Of a stretch of 64,000 bases of DNA, positions 9,582 through 20,335 are shown piece by piece. Every line of letters starts with the position of its first letter. The first letter of the stretch is position 1. The notes below the pieces were generated by a model. The model saw only the letters and a list, made by a program, of their open reading frames with translations, was not told the DNA's origin and made no database searches. The translations under genes were made by a program, and so were the position numbers. Source of the stretch: Nitrospinaceae bacterium (GTDB lineage Bacteria > Nitrospinota > Nitrospinia > Nitrospinales > VA-1); contig JBHHVU010000011.1 of the NCBI GenBank assembly GCA_046754465.1, positions 1 through 64,000 on the forward strand, read 5' to 3'.

Positions 9582-10721
9582 TTGACCGAACCTTTTAACG
9601 ATCGCCTGCAGAATGAACTGACCCGCCGCCGCCGGGAAAAGCTCCTCCGTGAAATCTCGGTTTTTAGTGATTGCCGGTTGAACCTGTCGAGCAACGACTA
9701 TTTTCAACTGAGATTTCATCCGCAAGTGGTTGCCGCCGCCAACAGGGCCGCCGAAGCGTATGGCGCGGGAAGCGGCGCGTCGCCGTTGCTTTCGGGATTC
9801 CTTCCCTGCCACGACCAGCTCCTCCGACAGTTGATGGAATGGAAACAAAAACCCGCCGGAATGCTTTTCAATACGGGGTTCCTGGCCAACCAAGCGGTGA
9901 TGAAACATTTACCGGGCAAAAAAGACCTCGTTCTCGCCGACCGGCTTGCCCATCATTCCATCCTGCAAGGACTGACCGCCGGAACGGCCCGCTTCAAACG
10001 TTATAACCATCTCGACCTGGATCACCTGGAAGAACTTCTGGCCAAAAACCAGGGCCGTTACGAATCCGTGTTTGTAGTGACCGAGACGGTGTTCAGCATG
10101 GACGGCGACTACCCGGACCTCAAAAAACTGGTGGCGTTGAAGGAAAAATTTCTCTTTATCCTCATTCTGGATGAAGCGCATGGGACCGGCGTTTTCGGGC
10201 CGACGGGTGGGGGATTGGCGGAGGAAATGGGAGTTCTGGAAAGGGTGGATATCCTGGTAGGAACCTTGGGGAAGGCCCTCGCTAGTATGGGCGCGTATGT
10301 TTTGACACGCTCCCCGTTGATCGTGGAATACCTGATCAACACCGCGGGAGAATTCATCTATTCCACGTTTTTGTCACCCAGCCAAGCGGGGGCGGCATCC
10401 GCCGCGTTAAAAATTCTGCGGCAGGCTCACGATAAACGCCGTTTCCTCCACGCCCTTTCCAAGACTTTGCGTCAGGGGTTGCGGGAATCTGGCTGGTCCA
10501 CCAACACGTTCGACACCCCCATCGTTCCCGTCATCGTGGGAGACGCTGATAAGGCCCTCGAACTGCGCGGCCGGCTGCTGGAGCGGGGCATCCTGACCGG
10601 GGCCGTCCGCCCACCGACGGTGCCGCCGGGAAGTTCCAGGCTGCGTATTTCCTTACACTTGGATTTGACAGAGGAATCCCTGCAAGATCTTCTTGGAGTC
10701 CTGGGGACGTGCAAAAGGTGA
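9582..10721 (+). CDS. bioF: 8-amino-7-oxononanoate synthase
   Basis: NLSSNDYF, GAGSGASPLLSG, ADRLAHHSI, VFSMDGD, DEAHGTG, GTLGKALAS, AVRPPTVPPGSSRLRIS. Confidence 0.95.
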   Translation: MTEPFNDRLQNELTRRRREKLLREISVFSDCRLNLSSNDYFQLRFHPQVVAAANRAAEAYGAGSGASPLLSGFLPCHDQLLRQLMEWKQKPAGMLFNTGFLANQAVMKHLPGKKDLVLADRLAHHSILQGLTAGTARFKRYNHLDLDHLEELLAKNQGRYESVFVVTETVFSMDGDYPDLKKLVALKEKFLFILILDEAHGTGVFGPTGGGLAEEMGVLERVDILVGTLGKALASMGAYVLTRSPLIVEYLINTAGEFIYSTFLSPSQAGAASAALKILRQAHDKRRFLHALSKTLRQGLRESGWSTNTFDTPIVPVIVGDADKALELRGRLLERGILTGAVRPPTVPPGSSRLRISLHLDLTEESLQDLLGVLGTCKR

Positions 10722-11407
10722 TGAGAATTACTGCGGTGTGCGGCTGGGCCATTCCCCCAGAATGGTTTAGTGGCCTGGTGGAACAGTATTTCCCGCAAGC
10801 GAATGTGAAAACGCTCTACCCTGCCCTGCCCCACAGCCGCCGCCAGGCGGAAAGTCTATTGAATGACTCCGAATCGGAACTTTATATCGGTTATTCCCTG
10901 GGAAGCTTGTGGCTGCTGACTCATCAGGCCTATTTGCCCCGAAACTCCATCCTGGCACTCATCGCCCCGGTTCTGGCCTTTTCCCGCGAACGGAACCTGG
11001 GGGGCAAAACTCCTGAAACCAAATTAAAATACCTGATAAGAAGCTTGAAAAGAAATCCGGTGGACCGGACACCCCTCTTGAACTTTTACGCGGACAGTGG
11101 GTTGTCTCTTTCCGAATCGGATTTACGAGGCCTGCCCGACCTCCGAGCCCTGATTCAGGGGCTGGAATTTTTGAAATCCGCCCCAGCCCCGGAAAAAATC
11201 AGCGAAAAAATTACCGCCCTTGTCGGAGGTCAAGATATCTTTTTGGATGGAAATCAATTGAAACACCATATTCCGCAGCTGGAAATCATTCCCGGCGCGG
11301 GCCATGCCCCGGCCCCGCTCCTGGCACACCTGGCCGGAAAATTCCATTCCCCGGGACCCGGAAAAGCCTCTGCCGATCCGGATTCCTGTCCAAAGATCAT
11401 TGCATAA
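10721..11407 (+). CDS. Alpha/beta hydrolase, probable pimeloyl-ACP methyl ester esterase (BioH-like role)
   Basis: CGW oxyanion region, GYSLG nucleophile elbow, Asp (GQDIFL) and His (GAGHAP); lies between bioF and bioC with a TGATG overlap. Confidence 0.8.
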   Translation: MRITAVCGWAIPPEWFSGLVEQYFPQANVKTLYPALPHSRRQAESLLNDSESELYIGYSLGSLWLLTHQAYLPRNSILALIAPVLAFSRERNLGGKTPETKLKYLIRSLKRNPVDRTPLLNFYADSGLSLSESDLRGLPDLRALIQGLEFLKSAPAPEKISEKITALVGGQDIFLDGNQLKHHIPQLEIIPGAGHAPAPLLAHLAGKFHSPGPGKASADPDSCPKIIA

Positions 11408-11472
11408 CCCATTCTCTTTGCCTATACAATGATGAATGAAACTCAAGGAGCGTCCTGGAAGCCCTGCCTGGA

Positions 11473-12243
11473 ATGATCCCAATGACCAAGGCCCAGTCCA
11501 TTTATACCGAATCCAGAATCATTGACAGCTTTTCCAGACATGCGAAAAGCTATGACCGGCATGCGCATCTGCAAAAGACCATGGCCGAGAGGCTGGCATC
11601 ATTACTGCCGGACGTTTTGCCTGACCGCGTTCTAGAAATCGGCTGCGGGACCGGAGTCTTTACCCGGCACCTTCTGGCGCATCCCATCCGGTGGCTCGTG
11701 CTCAACGATATCGCACCAGCCATGACCGATCTTTTGCGGGAAAGGGTGACCCTTCCCCCATCCGCCAGAATCGTCCATGGCAACGCCGGACGCATGGATT
11801 TTGAGTCCGCCGGCCTCATCGCGGCCAATGCCGTTTTTCAATGGTTCCCCCACCCCGGCGACACGCTGTGTCATTTGGCGCGATTTCTGGCTCCCGGCGG
11901 CCGTCTGATCTTCAGCACGTTCGGACCCGGAACGCTCCAGGAATTCCGCGAAACCGCTCAACTCCAGAGTCCCGCCACCCTGCTCTCTAGAAAACAATGG
12001 AGCCGGTTGATCCGTGGGGCGGGATTGACCCCAAGGGAATCCATTGCCGAAACACGTAAAACCTTTTCACCCAGCACCCTGGCCTTGATCAAGAATCTTC
12101 AGCAGATCGGTGCCGCACCGTTTCAAATGATCAAGCCTGGAGGATTGAGGAAACTGATCCGTGAATACGACGCCAATTTTTCCACCCGCCAGGGGATTTA
12201 CGCGACGTGGGAGTTATTGTATTTTTCCGCCAGCCATGAATAA
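11473..12243 (+). CDS. bioC: Malonyl-ACP O-methyltransferase
   Basis: SFSRHAKSYDRHAHLQK, VLEIGCGTG SAM motif, ANAVFQW, FSTFGPGTLQE; in the bio cluster. Confidence 0.9.
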   Translation: MIPMTKAQSIYTESRIIDSFSRHAKSYDRHAHLQKTMAERLASLLPDVLPDRVLEIGCGTGVFTRHLLAHPIRWLVLNDIAPAMTDLLRERVTLPPSARIVHGNAGRMDFESAGLIAANAVFQWFPHPGDTLCHLARFLAPGGRLIFSTFGPGTLQEFRETAQLQSPATLLSRKQWSRLIRGAGLTPRESIAETRKTFSPSTLALIKNLQQIGAAPFQMIKPGGLRKLIREYDANFSTRQGIYATWELLYFSASHE

Positions 12244-12318
12244 GTTCCAGGCTTTACCTTTTCCATGTCCTTTCCGATGAGTTTAAAGACGTGAAACCTT
12301 GAACCCCTTTACGGATGC

Positions 12319-14205
12319 ATGATCCAGGATACCCTCCAAAAAAACCTTTCCCTGCTTGAAACGAAGGATCCGCATCTGGTCGCCCGGCTGAAATCTTTCC
12401 GTCCCAGCGGCCGCTATCATGCCGGACCCTCCCGCGGCGGTCCACCCTCGTTGTCCCGCGAACTTCCCGATGGGACGCGGAAAATCCTCCACAGCACTTA
12501 CGACCCCGTCCGTGAGGCGGGCCGTTTTATCGATTCCTGCCAACCGCGAAATGCATCCAACTTCATCGTCCTGGGCCTGGGATTGGGATATCACGTTCTG
12601 GAACTGATCAAGCGCGCGGCTCCCTCCGCCCGGATCGCGATCCTGGAACGTGATTTGGAACCGGTCCATCTGGCGATGTCCCATAACGACTTTTCAACCG
12701 TTCTCAACCATCCCGGCGTCAGTTTTCACATAGGAGTCCGCGGCAGCGAATTGGAACGGGCGCTCGAACGCGGCCAGATTGAGTTCGCCCTCAACGGTTA
12801 TGTTCCCATTGGATTCAAACCCCTCATGGATTTGGATCCCGGTTACTATGGAGAGTTGCTTCAAAAACTGAAGAACCTGTTCCTGGAAAACCGGATCGAT
12901 GGGAACACCCAGGCGGCGTTTTCAAAATCCTTTTACAGGAATATTCTCGACAACTGGCCCCACATCCTTTCAAGTCCGGGAATCCGGTCCCTGGAAAACA
13001 AGGGAGCGGGCATTCCGGCGATCCTGGTGTCGGCAGGACCCTCCCTGGACAAGAACGTGGGACTCCTGCGAGGCGCCGTTGACAAGGCGGTGATCATCAC
13101 CGTTGCCACCGCCTTGAAACCGGTCCTGGAATGCGGGATTCAACCGGATTTCGTGGTGGCTCTCGATCCGGATGATTCCACCGTCCGGGCCTTCGGAGTG
13201 GACCCTCTCCCGGAAAATCTCTGGCTGGTTTTTGATCCGGGAATTCCCCGGGTGATTCCCGATCATTTTCGCAACAATAAACTGGTGATGGAATCGGGGG
13301 TTTACCTATCACAATGGATCGCCGAGCACCATGAAGAAAAGGGAAACCTGGCCAAGACCTTTTCCGTGGCCCATGCGGCGTTTCTTTTCGCCATGTCCCT
13401 GGGTTGCGGCCCGGTGATTTTGGTTGGGCAGGACCTCGCGTTCACCCGCCACCGTTTGCATTGTTCCGGTTCCTTCCATAACCAGATGCACCAGGATTTG
13501 ATCAGCACCGAGCAGACGATCCCCACCCTGGATCGGAAAAAATATCAGAGGTACTCCCCTTCCCTGACCTCGGGGCTCGATGTTTTCGGAAGAGTTACGA
13601 TGACGACCCTGGCCCTGGAAATGTATAAAAACCGGTTCGCCGGTGAAATCCGGCAAGGGTGCCACGTTTACAACGCCACCGAAGGTGGAGTTCCCATTCC
13701 CGGTATAGAGAACCTTTCCCTGCGCGATGTGCTCCATTCCTGTTGCCGCCGAAATATCCGCTCCCGAAAAACCCGCCTGTTTCGTGGAATTCGGCCGCCC
13801 CCGGGAAGCGATAAAATCCTGCCCGCCCTGGAGACCCAGATTTCTCTCCTCCGGCAAATCCTGAAGCGCATGCGGAAACTGAAATCCGTCCACCTTTCGG
13901 CAAGAGGGAAGTGGGTTCCGGACCATACCGGTTTTATCCGGGAAATGGATTCGCTTTACCAATTCCTCCTTTCGAAACCGGAAACCGCCCGATTGCTTCA
14001 AGGATATGCTTATGCGGGTTTCATTGAATGGAAGCGGGCAAGCAATGAAATCGAGCGCGGGAGGGACAATGGATCGGACACGGGGATTCTTGGGAAGAAA
14101 TTCGACCGTGACCGGAAATTTTTAACCGTCCTCGAGGAAGCCGCCCATTTCCTGGTACGGGAGTTCGAACGCATCGTGAAGGAATCCTGCCGCCAAAGGG
14201 GATGA
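12319..14205 (+). CDS. Motility-associated factor (Maf/DUF115) flagellin glycosyltransferase-like protein
   Basis: LHSTYDP..EA, LGLGLGYH, AILVSAGPSLDKN, GIQPDFVVALDP, ILVGQDLAF, YNATEGG. Confidence 0.85.
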   Translation: MIQDTLQKNLSLLETKDPHLVARLKSFRPSGRYHAGPSRGGPPSLSRELPDGTRKILHSTYDPVREAGRFIDSCQPRNASNFIVLGLGLGYHVLELIKRAAPSARIAILERDLEPVHLAMSHNDFSTVLNHPGVSFHIGVRGSELERALERGQIEFALNGYVPIGFKPLMDLDPGYYGELLQKLKNLFLENRIDGNTQAAFSKSFYRNILDNWPHILSSPGIRSLENKGAGIPAILVSAGPSLDKNVGLLRGAVDKAVIITVATALKPVLECGIQPDFVVALDPDDSTVRAFGVDPLPENLWLVFDPGIPRVIPDHFRNNKLVMESGVYLSQWIAEHHEEKGNLAKTFSVAHAAFLFAMSLGCGPVILVGQDLAFTRHRLHCSGSFHNQMHQDLISTEQTIPTLDRKKYQRYSPSLTSGLDVFGRVTMTTLALEMYKNRFAGEIRQGCHVYNATEGGVPIPGIENLSLRDVLHSCCRRNIRSRKTRLFRGIRPPPGSDKILPALETQISLLRQILKRMRKLKSVHLSARGKWVPDHTGFIREMDSLYQFLLSKPETARLLQGYAYAGFIEWKRASNEIERGRDNGSDTGILGKKFDRDRKFLTVLEEAAHFLVREFERIVKESCRQRG

Positions 14206-14235
14206 GGGAATCCAATTAATATCCTCTATTCCTTT

Positions 14236-15231
14236 TTACCGTTTGACAGCCTCGAGCAGGCTCGACCCCTCCTCCAGTGGAAATCGCCGGAACGAGCTGA
14301 ATCCGGCTGCGCGGAGCAGGGATTCGGTTTCCTTGAACGTGTAGGTTCTGCCCGTTGCGGTGTAAAGGAGCATGGTCATGGCAAACATGGCCGCCTCATA
14401 AGGTTCCTTCCGGTTTTCCTTGAGAAACAGGTCCACCAGGATGCATCGGCCGCCAGGGACCAGGCAACGGTGAATTTTGCGGAACAGCTTCTTGTTCTCT
14501 GCTGGATTATAGATGTGCAGGATGTTGGAATAGAAGACGGTGTCAAAATCCCTTCCGAAATCGGTCTCGAACAGGTCGCCTTGCTTGAAGGACAGCCGCT
14601 GGGCCACGAAATGGTTTTGGTGGATTTCCCGCGCCACCTTCAGGGCGGCTGGCCGGTCGAGCAGGGTGGCGGTGGCTTTCTTGTCCTTGCGAAGAATAAC
14701 GGCGCTGTAGGATCCCGGACCGCTTCCCAGGTCCAGCAGCCGGCCCACGGGCCGGCGGGTAACGATGCCTGCCACTTTCTCCGAATAAAATTCGCTGCGT
14801 TCGTGCATGGCATACGTGAACAGGCGCCTGAATTCCGGGTCGTCCCCCCCTTCGTATTCGGAAAGATCGCGTCCGTTCTTGATGGATTCCACCAACCGGG
14901 ACCATTCCTTGCGGTCCTCTCCCCTTAACATAACCATGCCTTTTTTGTAATGTGGACTGGATGCGCAGAAATGCTTGAACGTTTCGGGAGTGTTCCGGTA
15001 GCGGCCGCCGCGCTTGAAAAGGGCTCCCATGGCGACCAGGACGTCAAGAAACATTTCCGTTTCCAGGGGCTGGGTTCCAGCCCGGCGGGCGATCACGCGC
15101 GCGGACAGGGCGTCTTTTTTGAGGATGGAAAATATTCCCAGTTCCAAAGCCGCCGACAGGGTTTTTGCCTCTTCCAACTGATCGATCTTGTCAAGGATTT
15201 GCCGGTAGGTCAGCACGATTTCCCCTCCCAC
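14236..15231 (-). CDS. SAM-dependent O-methyltransferase with dimerisation domain
   Basis: N-terminal wHTH (AALELGIF), LLDLGSGPG, QGDLF, SNILH, LVPGGRCILVD. Confidence 0.9.
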   Translation of the reverse strand: MGGEIVLTYRQILDKIDQLEEAKTLSAALELGIFSILKKDALSARVIARRAGTQPLETEMFLDVLVAMGALFKRGGRYRNTPETFKHFCASSPHYKKGMVMLRGEDRKEWSRLVESIKNGRDLSEYEGGDDPEFRRLFTYAMHERSEFYSEKVAGIVTRRPVGRLLDLGSGPGSYSAVILRKDKKATATLLDRPAALKVAREIHQNHFVAQRLSFKQGDLFETDFGRDFDTVFYSNILHIYNPAENKKLFRKIHRCLVPGGRCILVDLFLKENRKEPYEAAMFAMTMLLYTATGRTYTFKETESLLRAAGFSSFRRFPLEEGSSLLEAVKR

Positions 15232-15312
15232 GAAGAGTTTGCCAGCATGGCCGGGAAGAATTATAACTCAATCGGGGAAAATCCCAAATACGGAACTCAT
15301 GGGGGAGGAAGA

Positions 15313-15684
15313 TCAACAACCATGTCTATGAAAATGATGGTACCCGAAATTATACCAGGGCCGGTAGGGACCTCCATTCCAATACCCCGCCGATCGCTGG
15401 TATTGTTTCTTGCAGGCAGAAAATCCGGCATCCCAGCCGTGTTTGTAGAGATCATCCTGTTGGTACAGTTTGGGATTTTTCTGGAATAAATAGTGGCGGC
15501 TGCCTCCGGAAACCAGGCCACTGTCACAACCATCCCGGTAGCCCTGCCGGTACTCCAGGGGTTGTTGCGGCCCCACGGCCTTTTCCACCTCCGCCATGGA
15601 AGTGGACCGCACCGTGGCGGTTCCGGATGTTGCGCATCCCGCCAACACCGCGCAAATAATGAGAAGTGGCCATTTCATTTTCAT
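15313..15684 (-). CDS. Hypothetical lipoprotein
   Basis: LAGC lipobox; paired YRQGYRDGCDSG / YKHGWDAGFSAC motifs; His-rich tail. Confidence 0.75.
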   Translation of the reverse strand: MKMKWPLLIICAVLAGCATSGTATVRSTSMAEVEKAVGPQQPLEYRQGYRDGCDSGLVSGGSRHYLFQKNPKLYQQDDLYKHGWDAGFSACKKQYQRSAGYWNGGPYRPWYNFGYHHFHRHGC

Positions 15685-15881
15685 CGGCTCCTTGGGGAAG
15701 ATTCAATGATAATTTAATGCCGCACCCATCCTTTGACAACCCCCAGGCACAAATTTCCCAGGAGTTTGATTTTCATCGGAATTCTAGGCGGCATCGTTTT
15801 GGGACTGCCGCCGTCAAAACAGTGGAATTTGCCTATCGGAGGGATTCACGAAATACGGGGTGACGGGCGGGAGGGTGCGAT

Positions 15882-16538
15882 TCATTCGTCCAGGAGAGGA
15901 TAAATAATTTTTTCCAAATCCTGGCCGGAACCGAACAATTTGTGCCGCAGGATGCCCTTTTTATCAATGATGATGGATGAGGGGGTCCCGCAAAGCGCAT
16001 AGGTTTCGAAAGTCAGCGCGTCGTATTTCTTTTGCTTTAGATAGGCCCGGATCTGTTGGGCGATCATCTCACGGGTTTTTGGGGGAAGGGACCCGTAATC
16101 CGGCATGTCTCTATCGATGATTTTCCGTACCGCCTCGCTGCTGGGTTCTCCCTCGTTCTTGACCAGTTTGTCCCAGGCCACGGGAAAAGGGATGGGGTAT
16201 TGAAGCCGGTTGTTTTGGAGAAAATTAGCCTGGCTAAGGGCGGCCAGGGTTTCACCGGTCACCTCACCCGTATGCAAAAGTTTTTTCAGGTTGGCGAGGT
16301 TGTTTTTATCGAAATTCTCAAACGCCGTGGCAAGAATCCATACCGCCAGGGGCCGGTCCCTGAACTTTTCGTAAACGCCGATCGTCTCGGGAATCCCCGC
16401 CATAAAACAACCCGGGCAATTGACCTGGATGACCTCGATCAGGAGGACCCTGCCCCTTTCCTGCCCGATGTTGGAAGGTTTCCCCTGCACCCATTGGTCC
16501 ACGATCAGATCCGGGGCCTTCTCGTTAACCCGTGCCAT
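15882..16538 (-). CDS. Thioredoxin-fold (TlpA/AhpC-like) redox protein
   Basis: KAPDL...WVQG, QVNCPGC (CxxC), GTPSSIIIDKKGILR. Confidence 0.85.
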   Translation of the reverse strand: MARVNEKAPDLIVDQWVQGKPSNIGQERGRVLLIEVIQVNCPGCFMAGIPETIGVYEKFRDRPLAVWILATAFENFDKNNLANLKKLLHTGEVTGETLAALSQANFLQNNRLQYPIPFPVAWDKLVKNEGEPSSEAVRKIIDRDMPDYGSLPPKTREMIAQQIRAYLKQKKYDALTFETYALCGTPSSIIIDKKGILRHKLFGSGQDLEKIIYPLLDE

Positions 16539-17358
16539 GCGAGCCTTCCCCCTGGATTTTATGGATGAGAGGACGAATCAGTTTGATGATGGATTCGGGC
16601 GGGTTTTTCTTCAACGCCCCCTCCAGGATAAACAGCGCGCGGCTCTTTTCTCCCTTGAGATTATAGATAAAACCGAGCATCACTTGCGACAGGTACCATT
16701 TGTCGCTGCGGGGGTATTTTTTGACGATGGTATCGAGTTGCCGGATGGCCTGCGAATATTTCCGGATTTTGTAATACGCCGTTCCCATGCCGAAGCGGAT
16801 GTTGTCCCGGATGGACCGGGGAGGGTTTTTCCCGAGGATGTTTTTAAACTTACCGATACTTTTCTTGTATTTGCCGTCGTGGAACAACCGGATGGCCGCT
16901 TTGTATTCTCGATGTGAATACCGGTTGGCGGCCCGCCGGAAAGCCAGGTCTCTCACTTGCAGGCCGATCAGTTTACTCCTCGTTTTCATTGCCGCGAGGT
17001 CTTTCTGGATGCGCTCCCGGCGCTTTTCAGCCAAGGAAATTTTATTCTCGACGGTGTTTTTAAGATCCACGGTTTTGGAATCCATTTCCTGCAAAGAATC
17101 CTGCAACGCCTCCATCTGCCGGACGAGCCCTTCCTGCTTCAGGTACAGTTTTTCCAGACTCCCGGTTATGTCATCCAGTTCTCTCTGGCGGGTCCTCCGC
17201 AGCTCCAATTTTTCCTTGGCCGGGGGAATCCAGGCATACATTTCCGCGACGGGACCGGGACCTTTCACCACGGGCGCGGAGGGCCCCGGTGCGGAAGCGC
17301 AGGACGAAAGAAAAATCAATCCGATTCCCAAGAGGGAAGCATGGAAATATTTTATCAT
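16525..17358 (-). CDS. Coiled-coil/TPR lipoprotein (CpoB/YbgF-like)
   Basis: LSSC lipobox, long coiled coil, C-terminal TPRs (KYPRSDK). Confidence 0.75.
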   Translation of the reverse strand: MIKYFHASLLGIGLIFLSSCASAPGPSAPVVKGPGPVAEMYAWIPPAKEKLELRRTRQRELDDITGSLEKLYLKQEGLVRQMEALQDSLQEMDSKTVDLKNTVENKISLAEKRRERIQKDLAAMKTRSKLIGLQVRDLAFRRAANRYSHREYKAAIRLFHDGKYKKSIGKFKNILGKNPPRSIRDNIRFGMGTAYYKIRKYSQAIRQLDTIVKKYPRSDKWYLSQVMLGFIYNLKGEKSRALFILEGALKKNPPESIIKLIRPLIHKIQGEGSHGTG

Positions 17359-17434
17359 TTGCGGTACATTATATTTTATAGGGACTTATTTTAGTCTAAC
17401 TTATTATGCCTTTATTTTCAAGTAGTTAAAGAAA

Positions 17435-18385
17435 ATGCCGGACTATTATTCCATTCTGGGGGTCGATCGCAAGGCCACGGAAAATGATATCAAGAAGGCC
17501 TATCGAAAACTCGCGATGAAATACCATCCCGACCGCAACAAAGACAATCCGCGGGCTGAGGAGAAATTCAAGCAGATCAGCGAGGCCTACGCGGTTCTCG
17601 CCGACAAGGATAAACGGAAAAATTATGACCGGTTCGGGGACGAGGGATTCCACCAGAGGTTTTCCCAGGAAGATATTTTCAAGGATTTCGATTTCGCCGA
17701 AGCGTTCAAGGGGTTCGGATTCGACCCCCGTGCCAGTGGAGCCTTCCGGGGGGATAATTCCTTCGCCGGGATTGAGGATTTTTTACGGGGACATGGCGGA
17801 TTCGAAGGCACGTTTACAAATATGTTCGGGGAAGAAGGATTTTCCCGCAAGCCACCGGCTCCCACACGCGGAGAGGACCTGGAATCGACCCTCACCATCA
17901 GTTTTGAGGAGGCGGCCCTGGGAACTCAAAAAAATATCACGTTTCAAAAAAGCGGAAAAAGGGAGGAGACCAGCATCAAAATTCCACCTGGAATCAGCAG
18001 CGGTAAAAAGCTGCGTCTCAAGGGAAAGGGAAATCCCGGCCCCGCCGGGGCAAAAGCGGGTGATCTGTATTTAAAAATCCAGGTGCGGCCCCATCCCCTG
18101 TTCCGCCGGGAAGGCCATGACGTGGAAGTGGACCTGGAAATTTCCCTCACCGAGGCTCTGCTGGGCACCAGCAAGGAGGTGCCTACCTTGACCGGACCCA
18201 AAAACCTCAAAATTCCACCCGGAACGCAAAGTCATTCCCGGTTGCGGCTGAAAGGAATGGGCATCCCCAACGCCTCGGGTACCGTTCGGGGCGACCAGTT
18301 GGTCCGCGTGATTATCAAAATTCCTAAACAGTTGACCCCGAAACAAATGGATTGGATCCGGAAATTGAAGGAAACTGGACTCTAA
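17435..18385 (+). CDS. Class B J-domain protein (CbpA/DnaJ-like, no zinc finger)
   Basis: DYYSILGV...KYHPDRN J domain, G/F-rich linker, DnaJ C-terminal domain (GDLYLKI; LRLKGMG); no CxxCxGxG repeats. Confidence 0.92.
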   Translation: MPDYYSILGVDRKATENDIKKAYRKLAMKYHPDRNKDNPRAEEKFKQISEAYAVLADKDKRKNYDRFGDEGFHQRFSQEDIFKDFDFAEAFKGFGFDPRASGAFRGDNSFAGIEDFLRGHGGFEGTFTNMFGEEGFSRKPPAPTRGEDLESTLTISFEEAALGTQKNITFQKSGKREETSIKIPPGISSGKKLRLKGKGNPGPAGAKAGDLYLKIQVRPHPLFRREGHDVEVDLEISLTEALLGTSKEVPTLTGPKNLKIPPGTQSHSRLRLKGMGIPNASGTVRGDQLVRVIIKIPKQLTPKQMDWIRKLKETGL

Positions 18386-18404
18386 ATGGATATATTCTTA
18401 TCAC

Positions 18405-18431
18405 CGGTGAAAACCCGTTTCACCGCCTTTT
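18405..18431 (+). terminator. Putative intrinsic terminator after the J-domain gene
   Basis: CGGTGAAA (18405-18412) pairs with TTTCACCG (18418-18425), followed by CCTTTT. Confidence 0.5.
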
Positions 18432-18500
18432 ATGAATCCAGACCGTTCAAAACGCATCTTCACCTAGAAACGTTTTTTTGGATTTCCGGAGCTGAACGCC

Positions 18501-18797
18501 ATGGCGAGGATCATCTTCAAGCCCGATAACATCACCCATGAAGTGGAGGATGGAACCTCCCTGATTGACTGTTGCGAGGAGGTGGATGTTTCCCTGTCCT
18601 TCGGCTGCACCGAGGGCACTTGCGGGGTGTGCGAACTCACCATCCTGAAAGGGATGAAAAATCTATCCCGGGTGACGGAGGAGGAAAGGGATTATCTTCT
18701 GGAAGAGGACCTTGAAAACGGAATGCGTCTGGGGTGTCAGTTGAAGATCAGAAAGGGCGAGGTCGAGATCTCCTGGAAAGGCAACCGCGCGAAATAG
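18501..18797 (+). CDS. 2Fe-2S ferredoxin
   Basis: FGCTEGTCGVC...RLGCQ cysteine pattern. Confidence 0.92.
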   Translation: MARIIFKPDNITHEVEDGTSLIDCCEEVDVSLSFGCTEGTCGVCELTILKGMKNLSRVTEEERDYLLEEDLENGMRLGCQLKIRKGEVEISWKGNRAK

Positions 18798-18838
18798 CCC
18801 CGTCTTTCCGATAAATTTTTCCCCCGGTTCCTGCCCGC

Positions 18839-19456
18839 CTATTTTTTCCAGCGCCAGTCCTCTGGATCGCCCATCCCCGGTTCCCAGAGAAACTCTGTTT
18901 CATCCAGAGAGACGGCGGCCCATCGTCCGAAAACAAACAATGCGTCGGACAACCGGTTGATGTAGGTAAGAATCCACGGGTCCACCTTCTCCTTGCGGCT
19001 GAGCCGCAGGATATCTCTTTCCGCGCGGCGGCACACGCAGCGCCCCTGGTGCAGGAAGGCGGTGACCAGGCCTCCGCCGGGAAGAACGAAACTTTTCAAG
19101 GGTTCCAGTTCCTCGTTCATGGCGTCGATCACCTGTTCCAGCCATACCACATTGCCTTCCGTGAGGGCCTTTTCCGACGATGCGGTTTGTTGAGATTCCG
19201 GGGCGGTTGCCAGCAGGCTGCCGATATCGAACAGGCGGTGCTGGATGGTGCGCAGGATAATTTCCAGCTTATCCCGGGGTTCCGAATCCGGTTTCCGCTG
19301 GTTAAAGCCTCTAACGATGCCCAGCAGGCTGTTGAGTTCATCCACGGTCCCGTAGGCTTCGACGCGGGGGTGATCCTTGCCGACCCGCAACCCGCCGGCC
19401 AGCGAGGTCTCTCCCCGGTCGCCGGTTTTCGTATATACCTTGTTGATCCGAATCAT
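18839..19456 (-). CDS. ATP:cob(I)alamin adenosyltransferase, PduO type
   Basis: KVYTKTGDRGETSL, RVEAYGTVDELNS, FVLPGG, RCVCRRAER, YINRLSDALF. Start set at ATG 19456. Confidence 0.93.
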   Translation of the reverse strand: MIRINKVYTKTGDRGETSLAGGLRVGKDHPRVEAYGTVDELNSLLGIVRGFNQRKPDSEPRDKLEIILRTIQHRLFDIGSLLATAPESQQTASSEKALTEGNVVWLEQVIDAMNEELEPLKSFVLPGGGLVTAFLHQGRCVCRRAERDILRLSRKEKVDPWILTYINRLSDALFVFGRWAAVSLDETEFLWEPGMGDPEDWRWKK

Positions 19457-19603
19457 CCCGGTTCCTATCCAGAAAAATTTCCCAGAAACCCAGCCAATTA
19501 TCCCCAACCGGCCGCACACCGCCATCTTAGAATGATTGTAGCCTTTCCTCCCGTTGCAAAAAACAAAATTTTATGGGGTGGCGGGCAATGCGGCATTTAT
19601 CCC

Positions 19604-19632
19604 TTGACTTAAACGGCTCCTTTATATATATT
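19604..19632 (+). promoter_or_regulatory. sigma70 promoter of the pyr operon
   Basis: TTGACT (19604-19609), 17-nt spacer, TATATT (19627-19632), immediately 5' of the PyrR loop. Confidence 0.7.
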
Positions 19633-19648
19633 TTTTAGAGTCAAATAA

Positions 19649-19679
19649 CCTTTAAGGCAGTCCCGTGAGGCTGCCAAGG
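19649..19679 (+). promoter_or_regulatory. PyrR-binding RNA loop (anti-antiterminator)
   Basis: CCTTTAA-GGC-AGTCCCGTGAGGCT-GCC-AAGG contains CUUUAA and the ARUCCNGNGAGGYU consensus, in the pyrR leader. Confidence 0.9.
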
Positions 19680-19713
19680 GAAAGTCTGGATGGAAAATCC
19701 TTATCTCCGTCTC

Positions 19714-20324
<611 letters not shown>

Positions 20325-20335
20325 GAAACATTTCC

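Noticed and set aside
19457..19600. Cobalamin riboswitch upstream of the PduO gene
   Set aside because: No B12-box or conserved core recognised, and the space is short and shared with the pyr promoter.
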